Shown here in pieces: positions 24,300 through 38,600 of a stretch of 64,000 nucleotides of DNA. Source of the stretch: Camelus ferus (lineage: Eukaryota). The stretch is taken from NCBI RefSeq assembly GCF_009834535.1, contig NC_045707.1:48920001-48984000 (forward strand), given 5' to 3'. Every line of letters starts with the position of its first letter. Position 1 is the stretch's first letter. A program made the translations under genes and the position numbers. Under the pieces are notes generated by a model. That model did no database searches and had not been told where the DNA came from. It saw only the letters and a program-made list of their open reading frames with translations.

Positions 24300-24431
24300 A
24301 TTATCCCAATTTTATCAAAGATAAAATTGACAAGACTTTCAATGTGATAGTCACAGAGTACACAGTCCCTTCTGAGAGCAACGCCCTGTGTGAGGACACT
24401 AGGAGCACACACAGGAAACCTGGTGGACCCT
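24300..24431 (-). mobile_element. MER45-like hAT-Tip100 MITE fragment
   Basis: Reverse complement cagggtcc...cacacagggcgttgctctcagaaggg...ttgaaagtcttg resembles the MER45 5' end. Confidence 0.45.
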
Positions 24432-25689
24432 GCCGTGGCTTTGCCAGCATTCCCAACTTTTTCACAGACAAAGCCTTCTGTCCTCCTGAAATCTGGTGCT
24501 CCTCTGAGGAACTTGGCTTCCTTTGGAGCTTCTGGATCATGCATTGCTTATCCTTTCATGTTCATGGGATCTGGGGTGGGGGTAGGAGTCCTAACTCCCA
24601 GCTCTGTAACGCTGCCTCACTCATTAACCATTACTCTCCTAACCGACTGTAAACAAGGTGCACATCATGACCGTAGCCCCTCTACACCTCTCTTCCTCTT
24701 CACCCATCAGCCTCCTGTGTGCTGCCCACCTTCCATCGATCATTGCACTGCCCCTAGAGCACAACCTTCCTCTCACCTCCTAAACCCTGCCACCCTCCTA
24801 GCTGTGTTAGAAACCCACACAACAATCCCTATCTCACACATCATTGGCCTCAATCCCACTGGCCTTCAACTCCACCTAGTCACTTCCTTTCTTGTCCTAT
24901 ACTCAGTCTTGCCATAATTGAGAGCCATTAGACCAATGAAATCTTAAATTTTAACTTCCTGTACTTTGGCAAATTTCTCCTTATTCTATTCTCTAACCCC
25001 TTAGTCTCATAAAGAGTGACACATTTTTTTTTAGGGAAGAGGAACAGATTCTTTGGATGCAGTAGAAACAAGGTTTTGATTCTGTCTTGAGGGTTTTAAA
25101 ACGACCCATACCAAATTGTCCTGTCTTACGTTTCACAACTTTTGTAGTTGATGTTCTACTAGTTTTGATAGTGTTATCCCATTTCCAACAATTTTCTAGT
25201 CTCTCTCACACACACACGGACACACACACAGACACACACACATTTCCATTCTGCAAATTTGGGGAAAGGGAACTCACTTTCCTCTCCATTCTCCGTTCTG
25301 TCAATTTGCATGTAGACTCACAACACACTTTACTTTGATTCCACTGAGACTCTCAGACCCTCCAACACTCATTTTTCTTTCACTCTGCCAAGTCCTTTCT
25401 GGCTTCATTTTAATCAGTAGTATATCTAAATTTCATGATCTATTACTTGAAATGCTTTCTTGAAAATATCCTCAAATCTTTTGTTTTTCTGTTTAATCAG
25501 CCCAGAAAATTGGTTGAACTTGAGGTCAACAAGGATCAAAAGTAGTACAAAACATTGCATGCTTCATATGTTTCCTCTTGGTTTTATCTAATCTTCACAA
25601 TGATCACATGAGGTGAATATAATTATCCCCCATTTATAGGTAAGGAAACTGAGGATCAATAATGTAGTCATGTTTTTTCTATAGTTAGA

Positions 25690-25870
25690 ATTTGTGGTTC
25701 TCAAACTTTGGGTTGTGCAAATATCATCCAGAAGTCTTGTTAAGTAGGATGTCTGGGTCCCACCACAGAGGTTCTCATTTGGGAAAGTTTGCCTAGGGTA
25801 TGGGAACCTATGTGTTTCATAAGCTTCTCCAGTGACTGACTGTGATGCTCACTTGGAGCTTCTATAACTG
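25690..25870. mobile_element. MER5-like MITE
   Basis: gtggttctcaaacttt...cttgttaa...ctgggtcccaccacagaggttctcat...ataagcttctccagtga. Confidence 0.6.
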
Positions 25871-27289
25871 TCCTTTCTGCAGGTGTTTATTTGGATTATT
25901 TTTGGTAGAAGAGAGACTTTCCAGGGGTGGATGGCAGTTTGGGAAGCCCCCATTTTTCCTTCTGGGCCTTGGCAATCCTTTTACTATTAACCTCTTGAGA
26001 GCAAAGTGAGATTAGAATGATCTCTGTCCAAAGTCAGAATAATCGGACGTTTTGAAAAATAAATCATACAATGAATAACATAAAGTCTAAAATATCAGTT
26101 CTCACTATCAATTATATGAAAAAAAGTTTTATTTAAATTATTGACTCAACTTGAAAGTGCAGCATTAGTTATTAGCAAGTTGGCTGCTTTTTTCTTTTTC
26201 TTTTTTTTTTTTTTTTACTGATTTTGAGCATTGTGACTTTAAACAATATTCAGCAGTATCCGTAAACTGTTGCAATATTTCTAGTTCTGACCATGAGAAA
26301 GTAAAACACGTGGAGACATGCACTGACTTCACTGTATAATTATTCACATAGTAATTATGAGTTAGAGAAACATTATGAATGTTATCATAATGAATTTTAC
26401 ATAAACATCCTACAAATAACCACGTCGTGATTTTATATCAATAGCAGAAACATCCAATAGTGTGTAATTTTTCTGTCTTATTAATAATATATGTGTAATA
26501 AACAGTATTGCCTTTGAAAGTCTGGGATTCTACATGTCTTACAGGGGGAAGGAGTTTCATTCTTCCACAGTCCCTATACTTGCATGTTAACCTGATTTCA
26601 CTGCATTCATATTATTCAAAAGCCTCCAGTGTATCTGAAGAACCCCTGAAATGTTACATTCCATTCCTGCTTTTTCTCCTTATGTCAGTGGCTGCTTTAT
26701 TAGATGTAGACAGCTGGGATAGCATATGCTTCTTTAAAAGAAACCTTTAAAATTAAAATTTGGAGAGCACACTTTAAAAATCCACCAAAAGCAGGGCGAA
26801 TTTTGCTTCTTATGAGACTCATGAGATGCCTGGAAGGATTCAAACATCAACATGTGAGAAGCCTCCCCTGCACCTGAAGGTGCAGTGTAACAGCAGTTAA
26901 GTCCAGAGGTGCTTTAACTTTTGCCACAGTTTCATATGAATCATTTAAATTAATGGCATCATATGTCTTCATTTATAAATCAAAATTAATAATGTTTGCT
27001 GTGTTACCTTAGAGTATATTTTTCAAGACAAGTGAGGTGATGAAACGTAAAACATGATAAACGTGGGAGACAAGACAGGGGAGAAGTGGTGTTTATTAGG
27101 CATTTGTTGTGTTCTAGGCATTATGTCAAGCACAACACAGATATATTTTTTTATTTAATTCTTACAATCTGTCAGTAGAGTAGACACATTGTCCCACATT
27201 TTAAGGAAAGGATACTAAGGCTCTAAGAAATTAAGTCTGCTTAAGGCCAAGGGGTGAGTTGTGGAGCCTTGATTAGAAAACTCTTTTGG

Positions 27290-28370
27290 TTTCACCTTTC
27301 AAATGTATCAGGAATCCAACCACTTCTTACCACCTTCACTCTCACCACTGTGGTGCAAGCTATCACCACTTCTTGTCTGGAGGACTGCTGTAGCTTAACT
27401 CTTATTCTATTTTTATCTTTGTCTCCCTACAGTCTGTTCCTAACACATAAGAGGGAGCCTTTTAAAATTTGTCAGATCATTCACACCTCTGCTCAAAGTC
27501 CTCAAATAACTTCCAAACTCATTCAAAATAAATGCCAAAGTCCTTAATGAGTCACAGAGCTCCTGCATTATCTGGGCTCCAATATCCTATTATTTCTTTG
27601 GCATTGATCTCTTACCATTCTGTTGTTTGCAGGCTGTGATTGGGTCACAGTGACCAACTGCACCCATTCCCCTCACCTCGAGGAGCTGAGGTACACCCTC
27701 AAACATTACATTCATTCTCCTACTTGGGCCTCTTGCACAAAACTGTTTTCTCCAACACAAATGCTCTTTCCCTAACTATTCTTGTGGATCTCCTCGTTTC
27801 TTTCTAACCTTTGCGCGAATGTCTCAAAAGCTTAAGGAAGCTTTATGGGTGCCTTGGGGCCATTTTAAGATGTGACTCCACCAATGCAAAGCATAAGAAT
27901 ACAAAAACACGAGTCACTAAATAGACTTTGAAAAGGATACATGTTGACACTATGCAAGTGAAATAAGCACACAGACGAGTTGCCTTGTTTGACCTCAGCT
28001 GGGAATGTGCAGGTTGGGTGACTTAAATTCTTCATCCCTCTGTACATGTCTAGATAAGAATATTGATTTGGGAGCTTCAGATAAATGTTAGCATGTAGGA
28101 CAATTCACAAATATGGACTCTGCAAATAATGATGTTCAGTTGCACTTAGGACGATTCAACCACCAGACAGCCTCATACCCAACCCTCATCCTTAAACTCC
28201 CTCTTCCCTACTTTATTATTTTTTTTTCTTACAACATGTCACCATCTGCCGTAGGGAAAAAGTATTATTTTGACAGTATCTCTCATTTATTTCTCTCATT
28301 TCTCTCACTGATAAGCTTCATGAGAGTAGGTACACTTATGTGTCTTTACACTGTTGTATCTCAGTCCTCA
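27290..28370 (-). mobile_element. L2 3' fragment interrupted by the inverted Tigger copy at ~27850-28172
   Basis: aaatgtatcaggaatccaaccacttcttaccacc...tttaaaatttgtcagatcattcacacctctgctcaaa...; L2-like text resumes after 28173 (ataagcttcatgagagtagg...ctgttgtatctcag). Confidence 0.65.
27850..28142 (-). mobile_element. Tigger-family (MER82-like) DNA transposon fragment, inverted copy
   Basis: Reverse complement contains ttcccagctgaggtcaaacaaggcaactc...ttaaaatggcccc, as in the copy at 29972-30375. Confidence 0.7.
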
Positions 28371-29971
28371 TCCACAGGAGAGATCATCATAATACCTTTC
28401 TCAGAGAATTTTTGTTAGTATTAAATGAGATAATGCATGTAGATCCCATCCTAGTGCTTGGAGCATTTAAGCTCTTAATAGATGCTATAAAAATATTACT
28501 GTCACTACGTATGCAAGACACGTAGTCAACTTTCTAAATTAAGAGTTCTTTCTGTAGCTTGGTTTAAATCTATTACCAAGTGAGAATAAGAAAAGGAAAT
28601 AAATTTCTTTATCTCCCCTAGGAAAATATATGTGAGAGAGAAAGTGAGAAATATGAAAACAGTCAAGATGGACACAGGTTAAACAGATTAAATAAAACTA
28701 TAGTCACAGCCTTCTAGACCAGAAAAGTAATATACCAGTGAAGGTTATAACGCTGCAGGCTGCCATCAAAATGATTCTAATAAGATACGTATGAATGAAT
28801 ATTTCAAGATCGTTTGCTGAAGTTTTTTCCAGTGTTTAATCATTGGATCATCAGATTTTCCTTCAAATAACTTTTAATCTATTTCTAGAATTTTAATCTG
28901 TTTTACCCAGTTTGGACTAGTATACTAATGCAGGACCACTAATCTCTGTCCTTTGAGTCTCAACTTGAGTACTTTAATTAAGCAATGAGTTATTTACTGA
29001 GCCTTGTGCCAAGTACGGGGCTGGGCTTAATAACCAGTTCTAATTCATGATCCTCTTTGCTGTTCTCTGACCTCCTTGGAGTCCCTAGAGTCCCTTTCAT
29101 CTTTCCTAATGGTCTCATTTTCATTTTTGTTGATCTTCTTTGAATGAGCTCCAATTTCTGTACAACTCTCATAAATACTTCAGGAAAGCCTTGATTATTG
29201 CCAAATATGGTAGAAAGATTACAACTCATGATAAGCTTGCCATATTGCTATTAATATATACTCCAGCATAAAGTTAGCTTTTTAAATAACTGCTTGACGC
29301 TGCTGAACCATCAATTTGTGCATACAACGAGCATTAAGCCATTTTCCGCCAGCACACAAAGTCTTTCTTAAATCAATTGTTTTCTGTTCCTTACTGTACT
29401 ACCTTTTATTTGGTCCTAGTCTTTTAATGTTTTGTTCTACATATTCAAGTTACATTCTTATCCTTTTTAAAATTAGCAATTCTTTCTACACCCTTCCTAG
29501 TTCAGTTCAATTCACCACAATATTTGGCATCCATGATGTACCAGGCATTGTGCTAGATAGTAGGGTACAAAAATGGGTAAATATGAGCCTTACTAAAGAA
29601 GTTTTCCAGATAGAGGTGACAGAAATGTATTAAATTCCACATGCCAAGGTAGAGGAATGCATACATTCAGAAGGAGATCACTTGGTAGGCCTCCTAGTGG
29701 AGATGATGTTAACTTGAGCTGTAGTGACTGAATGGGAATTAGTAATGAAGAAGGCAGTACAGTATTCCAGGCAGAGGGAACTACATAATTAAACATTTAC
29801 AGGCTTGTAACAGTGAGTATTTGTGGCAACTATAAACAGCTTCTTACCACTACTATAAAATGCAAGCTGAGGGATGGTGAGAAACTTAATAAACATCATT
29901 TCAACTTCACAGAAGAACTAATAAAAGATTATATCATCTTTGGCTGTCTGGTGGTTGAATCGTCCTTAGTA

Positions 29972-30375
29972 CAGTTGAAACTCATTTATTTGCAGAGTCC
30001 AAATTTGTGAATTTACCCACATGCTAAAATTTATCTGAAACCTCCAAGTCAATACTCTTACTTAGACATGTGCAGAGTGGTGAAGAGTTTAAGTCATTCA
30101 ATCTGCTCATTCCCAGCTGAGGTCAAACAAGGCAACTCCTCTGTCTTCGTATTTCACTTTCATAGCGTAAACACGTATCCTTTTCAAGGTCAATTTAGTG
30201 CCATGTGTTTTTGCACTGTTGGGCTTTGTGTTGGTTTTGCTTCTTAAAATGGCCCCAAAGCATAGTGCTGCAGTGCTGTCTAGAGCCCCTAGAGTGACAG
30301 AAGTCTGTGATGTGCTTTATGGAGAAGACATGTGTTAGACAAGCTCCACAACTGATAAGCTCACAGTAAGTGAGC
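29972..30375 (+). mobile_element. Tigger-family (MER82-like) DNA transposon fragment
   Basis: Begins ta|cagttg (TA target plus CAG terminal repeat start); gctaaaatttat...cccagctgaggtcaaacaaggc...aaaatggccccaaagcatagtgctgcagtgctgtctag...gtgttagacaagct. Confidence 0.75.
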
Positions 30376-31679
30376 TCTATTTCCAAACAGAATCATGGTA
30401 GTGCCTGAACTTCCATGTGTCCTCAACAGGAAGGGTAGCTGTAGCTCTTTCATTTCATAATTCAAATGCACTGTCACTGTCCCCAAGACTTGCCTAAACT
30501 TGACCGTCACCACCAGTGAAATCCTGGAGTAAACTGTATTATCTGCACTGGATCTGTGCTGACCACATTCAATTCTACCAAACTGGACATGCATTGCATT
30601 TGCAGACATTCCATGGGTCTTTCTTGAAAATGAATATACTGGTGGTGATACTGCTGATGAAAACCAGAAAGACGCCTGAGCAAATCTTTCACATTCATCT
30701 CAAATGAAACAGCTGCACCGAGGCTAGGAAAATACATTCTTTGAGGGTATGTATGTTCAATATGATTAAATAAATCTGATGCTTAGTGAACTGCTCCTGC
30801 CTGTGTGACTGTGTGAGCATTAATTATGGACAACGTAGACTCCGCCCACAAGAAGTTTATGATCTAGCGAATTTTTGAGGATAAGACAATTATTTACTAT
30901 AATGTACATGAAAGAGGCATAAAGAAAAGGGATTAATGGGCTTCTATGGAGTTTTACTGGTGATCAAGACATATTTGGAAATGGGGAAAAGGATACTGGA
31001 AAGAAGCTTCATAAGGGAGATGATGTTCACACTGAGCTTGGAAAGAACAGGTCCAAAGTCTGAAAAACATGAGGTATATTAAGAAAGCATCTAATATGCT
31101 TTGAGTATAAACTTTGTGAAGGTAAGAAACAGGTAATATGACTAGGAAACCAGGCTATGTGCTCTTAAATGCAATTGGAGGTTTCTGAGCAGAGGAGTAA
31201 CATAAGGAGCATCCACTCTGGGAAGTTTCATCCAACAGCACTTTGGTGGAGATGGCACATGGAGCAGGTAAGGGGATTGGGATATAGTTCCTGGGAGATT
31301 TTGAGGTCTATGAAAGGGTTGTGGCAGGAGAAATCGAGAGGACAGACATGTGAAACTCTGCAGAGGTTTTGTACACAGGAAGCTAAGCCTTACAGTCTAA
31401 GTTACTAGCAGAGCATGTGAGGCATTCATGGTCCTAAGAAATTCAGGAGAAGCAACCAACTGAATTCCTTTTCCTGCAAGATAGATGTGCCAACAGACAT
31501 TTACGTGGAAATGGGAAGAGTGGGAAGTTGGTAAATTGGGTATGATCATGAAAGAAATTGGAATAGGGTTGATTATTTGGAAGGTAGCTCCTTTAAAAAA
31601 AAAACCTCAAGTTCTATAAAGTAAAAATACTTGCCCTATAAAGTGAAAGCCATCAACATATGATATAAATGTAGAATCA

Positions 31680-31770
31680 TATATATTAAATACATAGCAT
31701 ATATATATTACTATATATATATATTACATAACATATATATATATATACACACACACATACATATATAAAT
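31680..31770. repeat. (TA)n/(CA)n compound microsatellite
   Basis: Visible dinucleotide runs. Confidence 0.85.
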
Positions 31771-34700
31771 AAAACACATATTACTATATGTTTTCAGATG
31801 TGCTATTTTATTGAATCCTCAGCATAATTCTGTGGGTCAGTTGTTACATAATGAAAAAGAGAAGAAGTAGCCTTTTATTTAGTAATCAGGGGGAAAAAGT
31901 AAATACCCTTCCCCACCCAAAAAAAAAAAAAAATGAGAAGGATGAGAATGAAGCTGGAGGCTGGTGAAATGGCTTTTAAAAGTCAACGACCTTCCCTTGC
32001 TTTTGTCTTAGTCCAGGTGCCTATTACTTCTTATCTGCATTGTTAGGAAAGGATTCTTATTGGTTTTCCTCCCTTTCAATTTATCTATGCTCCACTCATC
32101 TGCCAGACTGATCTTTAAAATTTCGGCTATAATCGTTTGCCCCTCTGCTTAAACAACTCCAGTGGCTCTTGCTTTTTTATTTACATTAAAGTCCCCTTGT
32201 CTCATTCCCACCTCCCTTGGCTGTAAGCTCACTTTGGGGTACTCAGCATCTCCCAGACCCAGCCATGTATGTTTAGATCTATGAACTTATTCTGGTTTTG
32301 CTATTTCTGCCCACAAACCTACATCCTCCCAAATACTCTTAGCAAAATCTTACTTAGCCTACAAGTGCCCGATCAAAGGTAATACACTAATACCATTTTT
32401 TCTGATTTCCATACCCTAAAGAAATGTTTAGTCCTGTGTTGCCCAAGTAGCCAGATTAAGCTGATGTTGAATTAACAACTTCAGCTACATCTCTGTGCTC
32501 ATGAAAGCCTGCCAGGACTGATTCCTTCGAGGGTACTGAATAAAACCAGACGTGGGATAACTCTAGGTTTGTCTGTTTGTTTTCAGCAAAAGTATTAGGA
32601 CACTTGCAAATCTGAAGCCATACCTATGTTAATATCATCAGAGCAGATTTAATTGAAACTGGTGCTGGGTGTATATGAAATCAAAGTGCAGCCAGTATTC
32701 TTTGCATTTTATACAATACAGACCTGCTCAGACATGAGGAATGTCAGGATGAATGGCAACTTCAGCAAATATTTGCTGCAAACCATGGTCTGCTTGAATG
32801 TCTGTCTACTGTGGAAAAGATTATACAGTCTTTTACACAGACTTTCTTCATTACATACACACAGTCGGATTATGAACATTGTCCATAAGGTTATATTTGA
32901 ATTTCAGTAACAACCGAATATGACTTTATAAAAGAATAAAAATGTTTACTTTGATTCCTTTGGGACATGACTCAAAAGGCAAATTTCAGAAGCCCAAATT
33001 GAACTTCTAAATATTACTCAATGGGTGGGATCCTAAAATCAGTAGGATAACTGCCTATGAATTGAATTCTCTAAACTGATGAAAAATTGCTACATTAGTA
33101 AAGACACAGCAGAGGCAAGAGAAATTTTCAGAGTTTCAAACCATTAAAATTAATTTCACTTTTGTTGTTTTAAAATTTATATGAGATCCTACATATAACA
33201 TCTCACATCAGAGTCAACATGACTTTCCAGGCTCTACTATCAAGCAAGAGTTTTGCGTGTGCTAACTAAATTGCAATGAAGATATGCATTAAAATGGTTA
33301 AGCTACTGAAGATAACTTGCACGTTGCACTTTCCAAGAAGTTTTCCAAGATAGTTTTTGTTGTTGTTAAGGAACTGGGAAATATTAAAAAATGTGATGTT
33401 TGGGGAAATAAACTTTCAAAAAAACAAGCTAATTAAAATATTAGTGAACACTGAAGAAATTTTGGTAAGCATTAGGAAAAGATTACAACTTTAGACCTTA
33501 ATAGAAATTCTATTTCATTTTTTGTTCTTGCCAGTATTCAAACCGTCCCACCTTTTGCTCTGTTAAAAAAATGTTTCGAGTCAACCCCATGGTAACTATG
33601 GCTTTTGTCTCATACATCTCATCCATCTCAATTCTTTTGTCATTTCTGTTATGAAGATAAGCAACTCCAGTTGTAACCTTGCTATTTACTTAACCCATTC
33701 TGCAGTGATTCATGTCACTTTATTCCTTTTCTCCCCTCTCCTTTATGGATAAAATAAATAAATCCTCCCAAAACTTCTTTTTAAAGCCCTTTCCCTTATC
33801 ATCTTTATCTATTCTGCAGATAGATTAAATATTCTATATGCCATGCCCTTATTTTTTATCACCAAACTGGAGAGTCTTTCTCTTTGCTTCTTATTGCCAT
33901 TTTTAAAGACATTGAAAGTGCCACATTAAATAAATACACATACACACACACAGGCCCAACACATCTTTTGTATTATACTTTCAGAATCACTGTTGCTACC
34001 ACCCACTCCCCTACCCCGTTTATATGTTTCTCCTTCATCCTGTTCATTGCATCATTTTTATCCATTTTAGCACCTAAGTTCCTTAAGGCTGATTAACCCC
34101 ACAGAACTGCCGTGGCTCATCATACTGGAAATAACTATTAAAAGGTGTTGTATCTTCTCTGAAATCCCCACCTCTGTACCTTCAACCAAATGTTACTTTC
34201 AACTTTATACTCCCATTCAGCTACTTTGGAGTCAAATCAGCAAAAATATAAATAAAGCATTTAAAATCATAGGATAACAGTGGTTTCTGTAGCAGTAACC
34301 TCTTTCCTCTTCTAAACTTTTGGCTCAGTTACTTCTGTCCTAACTCAACTAATGCCTCCACCTTTCTGAAACTTTTCAAGTCATCTATGTCAATCCACAA
34401 TGAAAATTCCCTCCTAGTAACCACTGCCTAAGTTTCCTTAATAAGCTCACTGAGTAATCCTTAGGCAAAAATCCAAAACCATGAAGAATTAAACAATGAC
34501 AGATTCTTACTTTCCATTTTCAACTGGCCTTTGCCACTGCCTGGTACTCTTTTTATTCATATCTTAATTCTGCAGTGAATTACCCATACTTGCCATTCTT
34601 TGTCTGCTAAAATGTTACCGGAAGTCCTTATCATGATGCCTTCAATACTTAAAGTTGACATTTAGATTTATTTTATAGAGTTGAGGCTATTTGTCATAAA

Positions 34701-35076
34701 TAATCCACACCAGGGCTTGGGGTGCCACTGCATGGAACTGAAGGAAGCTAGGACTGGAAAATGATGCATACCAGAAGATTCTAGCACATGATCAGTGTAC
34801 AAAAAGGGTCATAACTGGAGTGAAGTCCATAAAGGCAAAGAGCTTGAGAACTTTCCATTTGGGGAATAAGAGAATATAGTATTCTAGGCTATCAGTAAAA
34901 GGAAGGAGGTTTAGGAAGGTAAAATAGATCCTCCTTGAGAGAATTAGTGAGAATCTGAAAAGCCATAGCATAGGATCTAAAATACAGGCTAGGAATATGG
35001 GATAGGGACCAAAGAGAAGAACTTTCAGGACTCAGCTCCAAAGAAAGTGGGAGTATTACTGAGAACAGCCTGAGCA

Positions 35077-35680
35077 TGATCCAGCAATCCTACTCCTGGG
35101 CATTTATCCAGAGGAAACTTTAATTCAAAAAGATACATGTACCCTAATGTTCATAGCAGCACTATGTACCATAGCCAAGACATGGAAACAACCTAAATGT
35201 CTATCAACAGATGACTGGATAAAGAAGTTGTGGTATATTTATACAAGGGAATACTACTCAGCCATAAAAAATAATAAAATAATGCCATTTGCAGCAACAA
35301 TGGACAGACCTGGAGATTGTCATTCTAAGTGAAGTAAGCCAGAAAGAGAAAGAAAAATACCATATGATATCACTTATATGTGGAATCTAAAAAAAATACA
35401 AATGAACTTATTTACAAAACAGAAATAGACTCATGGACATAAAAAAACAAATTTATGGTTACCAGAGGGGAAGTGGGAAGGGATAAATTGGGAGTTCAAG
35501 ATTTGCAGATACTAACTACTATACATAAAATAGATAAACAAGGTCCTACTGTATAGCACAGGAAACTATATTCAATATCCTGTAGTAACCTATAGTGAGA
35601 AAGAATATGAAAATATGTATGTATATGTATGACTGAACTATTATGCTGTACATCAGAAATTGACACATCATTGTCAACCA
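35077..35680 (+). mobile_element. 5'-truncated relatively young L1 (ORF2 tail and 3'UTR) lacking a poly(A) tail
   Basis: MFIAALCTIAKTWKQPKCLSTDDWIKKLWYIYTREYYSAIK (L1 ORF2 C-terminus); flanked by CCTGAGCA at 35069-35076 and 35681-35688. Confidence 0.9.
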
Positions 35681-38424
35681 CCTGAGCAGTAGATATAGGG
35701 CCCAGAAGCAAGAATGATCTTGATGCCAAATAATGTCTTTTGAGGTCAGAAGCCCATAGCTAAACCATTCTCAGGAAGGTAGGAGATGAGCTAGATCCCC
35801 TAACAGCAGAAATAATTCTATGGTGGGAGTGAATAGCAATGAGGGTAAGAATGAAGAAATGAAGAGAATGAAGCCAAACAGTATTTTGGCATAGATTCTT
35901 TCATCCTCCTTCCCCCATTTCTTTGCATCAACATATATTTGTATCTTTTTAAAACTTTTTTTTCATATTCACAAGAAAAAATTTCTCTAAAGCTAACTGT
36001 TTGATATTGGAGAGTCCATGGAGGATTTCTTGAAATACTTCAATTTTCTCTGCTTAAGAGCTGTGTCTTAACACCAGCACAGACTCATGATTTTAGTTAC
36101 CCATGCATGGTTAAAGACCATATTATGAAGAAGAGGGCAACAAGGAACTTACTATGATATTAACATTTTATTGACCTAGGATAAGTGAATGATGGTCTCA
36201 ATTTATATTCATTGAATAGTTCTTATCTTTAATAGCTGTGGTTTCCTATAAGTTTCTATTTTTATTCGTTTGATTTTTAATATTACACTCCATTCAATTG
36301 GGTTAGAATAGGGAAATCACTGCAAAACTAGAGAGGCTTGTTGGAAGGTAATTAATAGAAAAGTGGATCAAAATTATAGGATGTTCCTATATCCCTAACA
36401 ACTGAGGGCCTCAACAGACAGTACTTTAATCTTTGTGTGCAAACCCCACAATATTCTGTTGAGAAACACAGAGGTTTAAAACACATTTTAATGTTTAAGA
36501 AACATAGAGGTAGCCATTCCCCCTGGATTGTAAACCAACCTCTTTCTACTTCCTTCTAGAACCTTGTTCTCAGAGTGCTCTTTCTAGAAGTCTCATATGG
36601 GTTCATGACCTACCTTCAATTTTCTCCACTCTCTGTCCTTCTAAACAATTAATTAAAATATTTTTTTTCTACTTGACTACATTTTCATTTTAACTCTCTC
36701 CTTTCTACTTCCTGGCAGCTTTTAAGTCAAGTAACTGCCATTGTCAGAATGATCTTGAATAAATCATACTAAGTTGTTTGGATCTCTCTTTAACATAAAA
36801 AAAAAAAAAAAGTCAAGCTAATGATTCTTAAATGTTTTCCTGTAACAAAGCTTTATAATTCTGAAAATAAAAGTTTTTAAAGAGCTACCGTTTTAGAGGA
36901 GTTTTAGAACTAAAAGCTATATAAGAGATAACTTGGTTAAACTCCCTATTTTACAAAGAAGAAATTAATTATTGTTTAGGATATAGTATATGCTTGAATA
37001 TTGTAGTTTTTCTTCAATGATTTGTACTTTCCCAATTCATAAAGTCAATATACTAGGTGAATTACCAAATAGGGATCTGGAGCTATTATTTTTAAGAAAA
37101 TGAAGTACAGCTCTGCATCAATATTACATTCTTTTCAAGGTACTTGGGATTTAATACATCCAGTAATTGTTGCACTTAAGTTCCAGTTTGAGAAATGTGG
37201 GTATCTTTTTGCTTATTAATTATGATAAAGGCTGGTATAAGCTATTTTGATCTATTTATTCACTTTACCAGGTAGAACAGTAGACCAAAGAATGCCATAA
37301 AAATAGCCAGCATGTATACAGCACTTACTATGTTTCAGACACTGTTTCAAGTACTTTATATATATTAACTTATTCAGTCCTCACAACAATCCTACAAGAT
37401 ACCTGCTTTTGGGATGAATAACCTGAAATTCAAAGAGGTCAAGTAACTTGCCCAAGGTATGTGGAAAATTTAGAATACACATACAGCACTGGATGGAAAG
37501 ATCCAAAATGTATTTCCCTGTGAAAAGTTCCAGGAGGGAATTTAATCAGTCGGGCTCTATCAGTGTAGCCAAGGAAATTGTGGTACTGTAATTGGCTAGG
37601 TTTCAGTCACATGACAATCCTTTAACAGGGTATAATTAATCCTACAAAAACCACTTCAAGACAGATATTAAGAGTATTACAAAATTTTTAAATAAAGCAA
37701 TCTTTAAAGTAGAATGTAGACTGGGCTAAATGAGAATTGAGCACTCTGAGGAATAAACTCACCCCAATTCACTGGGAGTTTTTTTGTTTGTTTTTTCCTA
37801 CTGGTGAATGTAATTCAAATGCAAATTTTGAGAACCAGAGAGAAACCTAAACAGGATTCATGGGTTTTCAGTTAATTGGACAGACACAAAATCTTTTGGT
37901 CTGGTCCCAGAAGTTCTTGTGGCCCCAAATCTTTCATGGCCTTCCAGAAAAATCTTTGTTTGTTATATATACCTCTGAAAGATACTGAACGGGAAAGAGA
38001 TGACAAGGAATAATTTTTGGTATGCCTTATGAATATTGCTCATGTTTTGGTGCTAGCATAGAGCTGCATTTTCCCCCAGTTATTCTAGACATCAAAATAA
38101 TGTTTCTTCAAATGGAAAATGACACAAAGAGTCACAAGACCTTGGGCTTTATAGATTTTGTTGTTTATATATGATATAGGTTCTTAAATTGTGTTTGCTC
38201 AAGAATACTGTGCCTGTTAAATGACACAACGTATGTAAAGAAACTAGAACATAAGAAAAAGTTAATATAGGTTCTTTCTCTTTCTTATAAGGTTAGAAAT
38301 GGGAAGAGGAAGACTCAGTCATCAGTGTTCCTTTTTTTCATATTTCTAACTTGATGTATGTCACCTCCACGTTCTTGTTCTCAACGTTTTCCAAAACTAC
38401 TGAGTCCAAATGATGCAAAGGCTG

Positions 38425-38600
38425 GTTGCAAAATGTGGTGTTCCAGATCAGCAATACCTGGGTACCTAGAAATGCAAATACTGGGACTCCTTCTCAGACC
38501 CGATTCAGAAACTAAGCAGGTGGCGTCCCAGCAATCTTTGTTTTAACAAGCCTTCCTTCCGGGTGGTGCTGATGCACACTGCCATTAAGGACCATGGGCA
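38425..38600. mobile_element. MER5A-like MITE
   Basis: caaaatgtggt...tagaaatgcaaatactggg...cagacccgattcagaaact...gttttaacaagcc...ctgatgcacact. Confidence 0.75.

Noticed and set aside
23859..24917. Cluster of 63-175 aa ORFs
   Set aside because: They overlap DNA-transposon relics and moderately GC-rich sequence, with no protein-like features.
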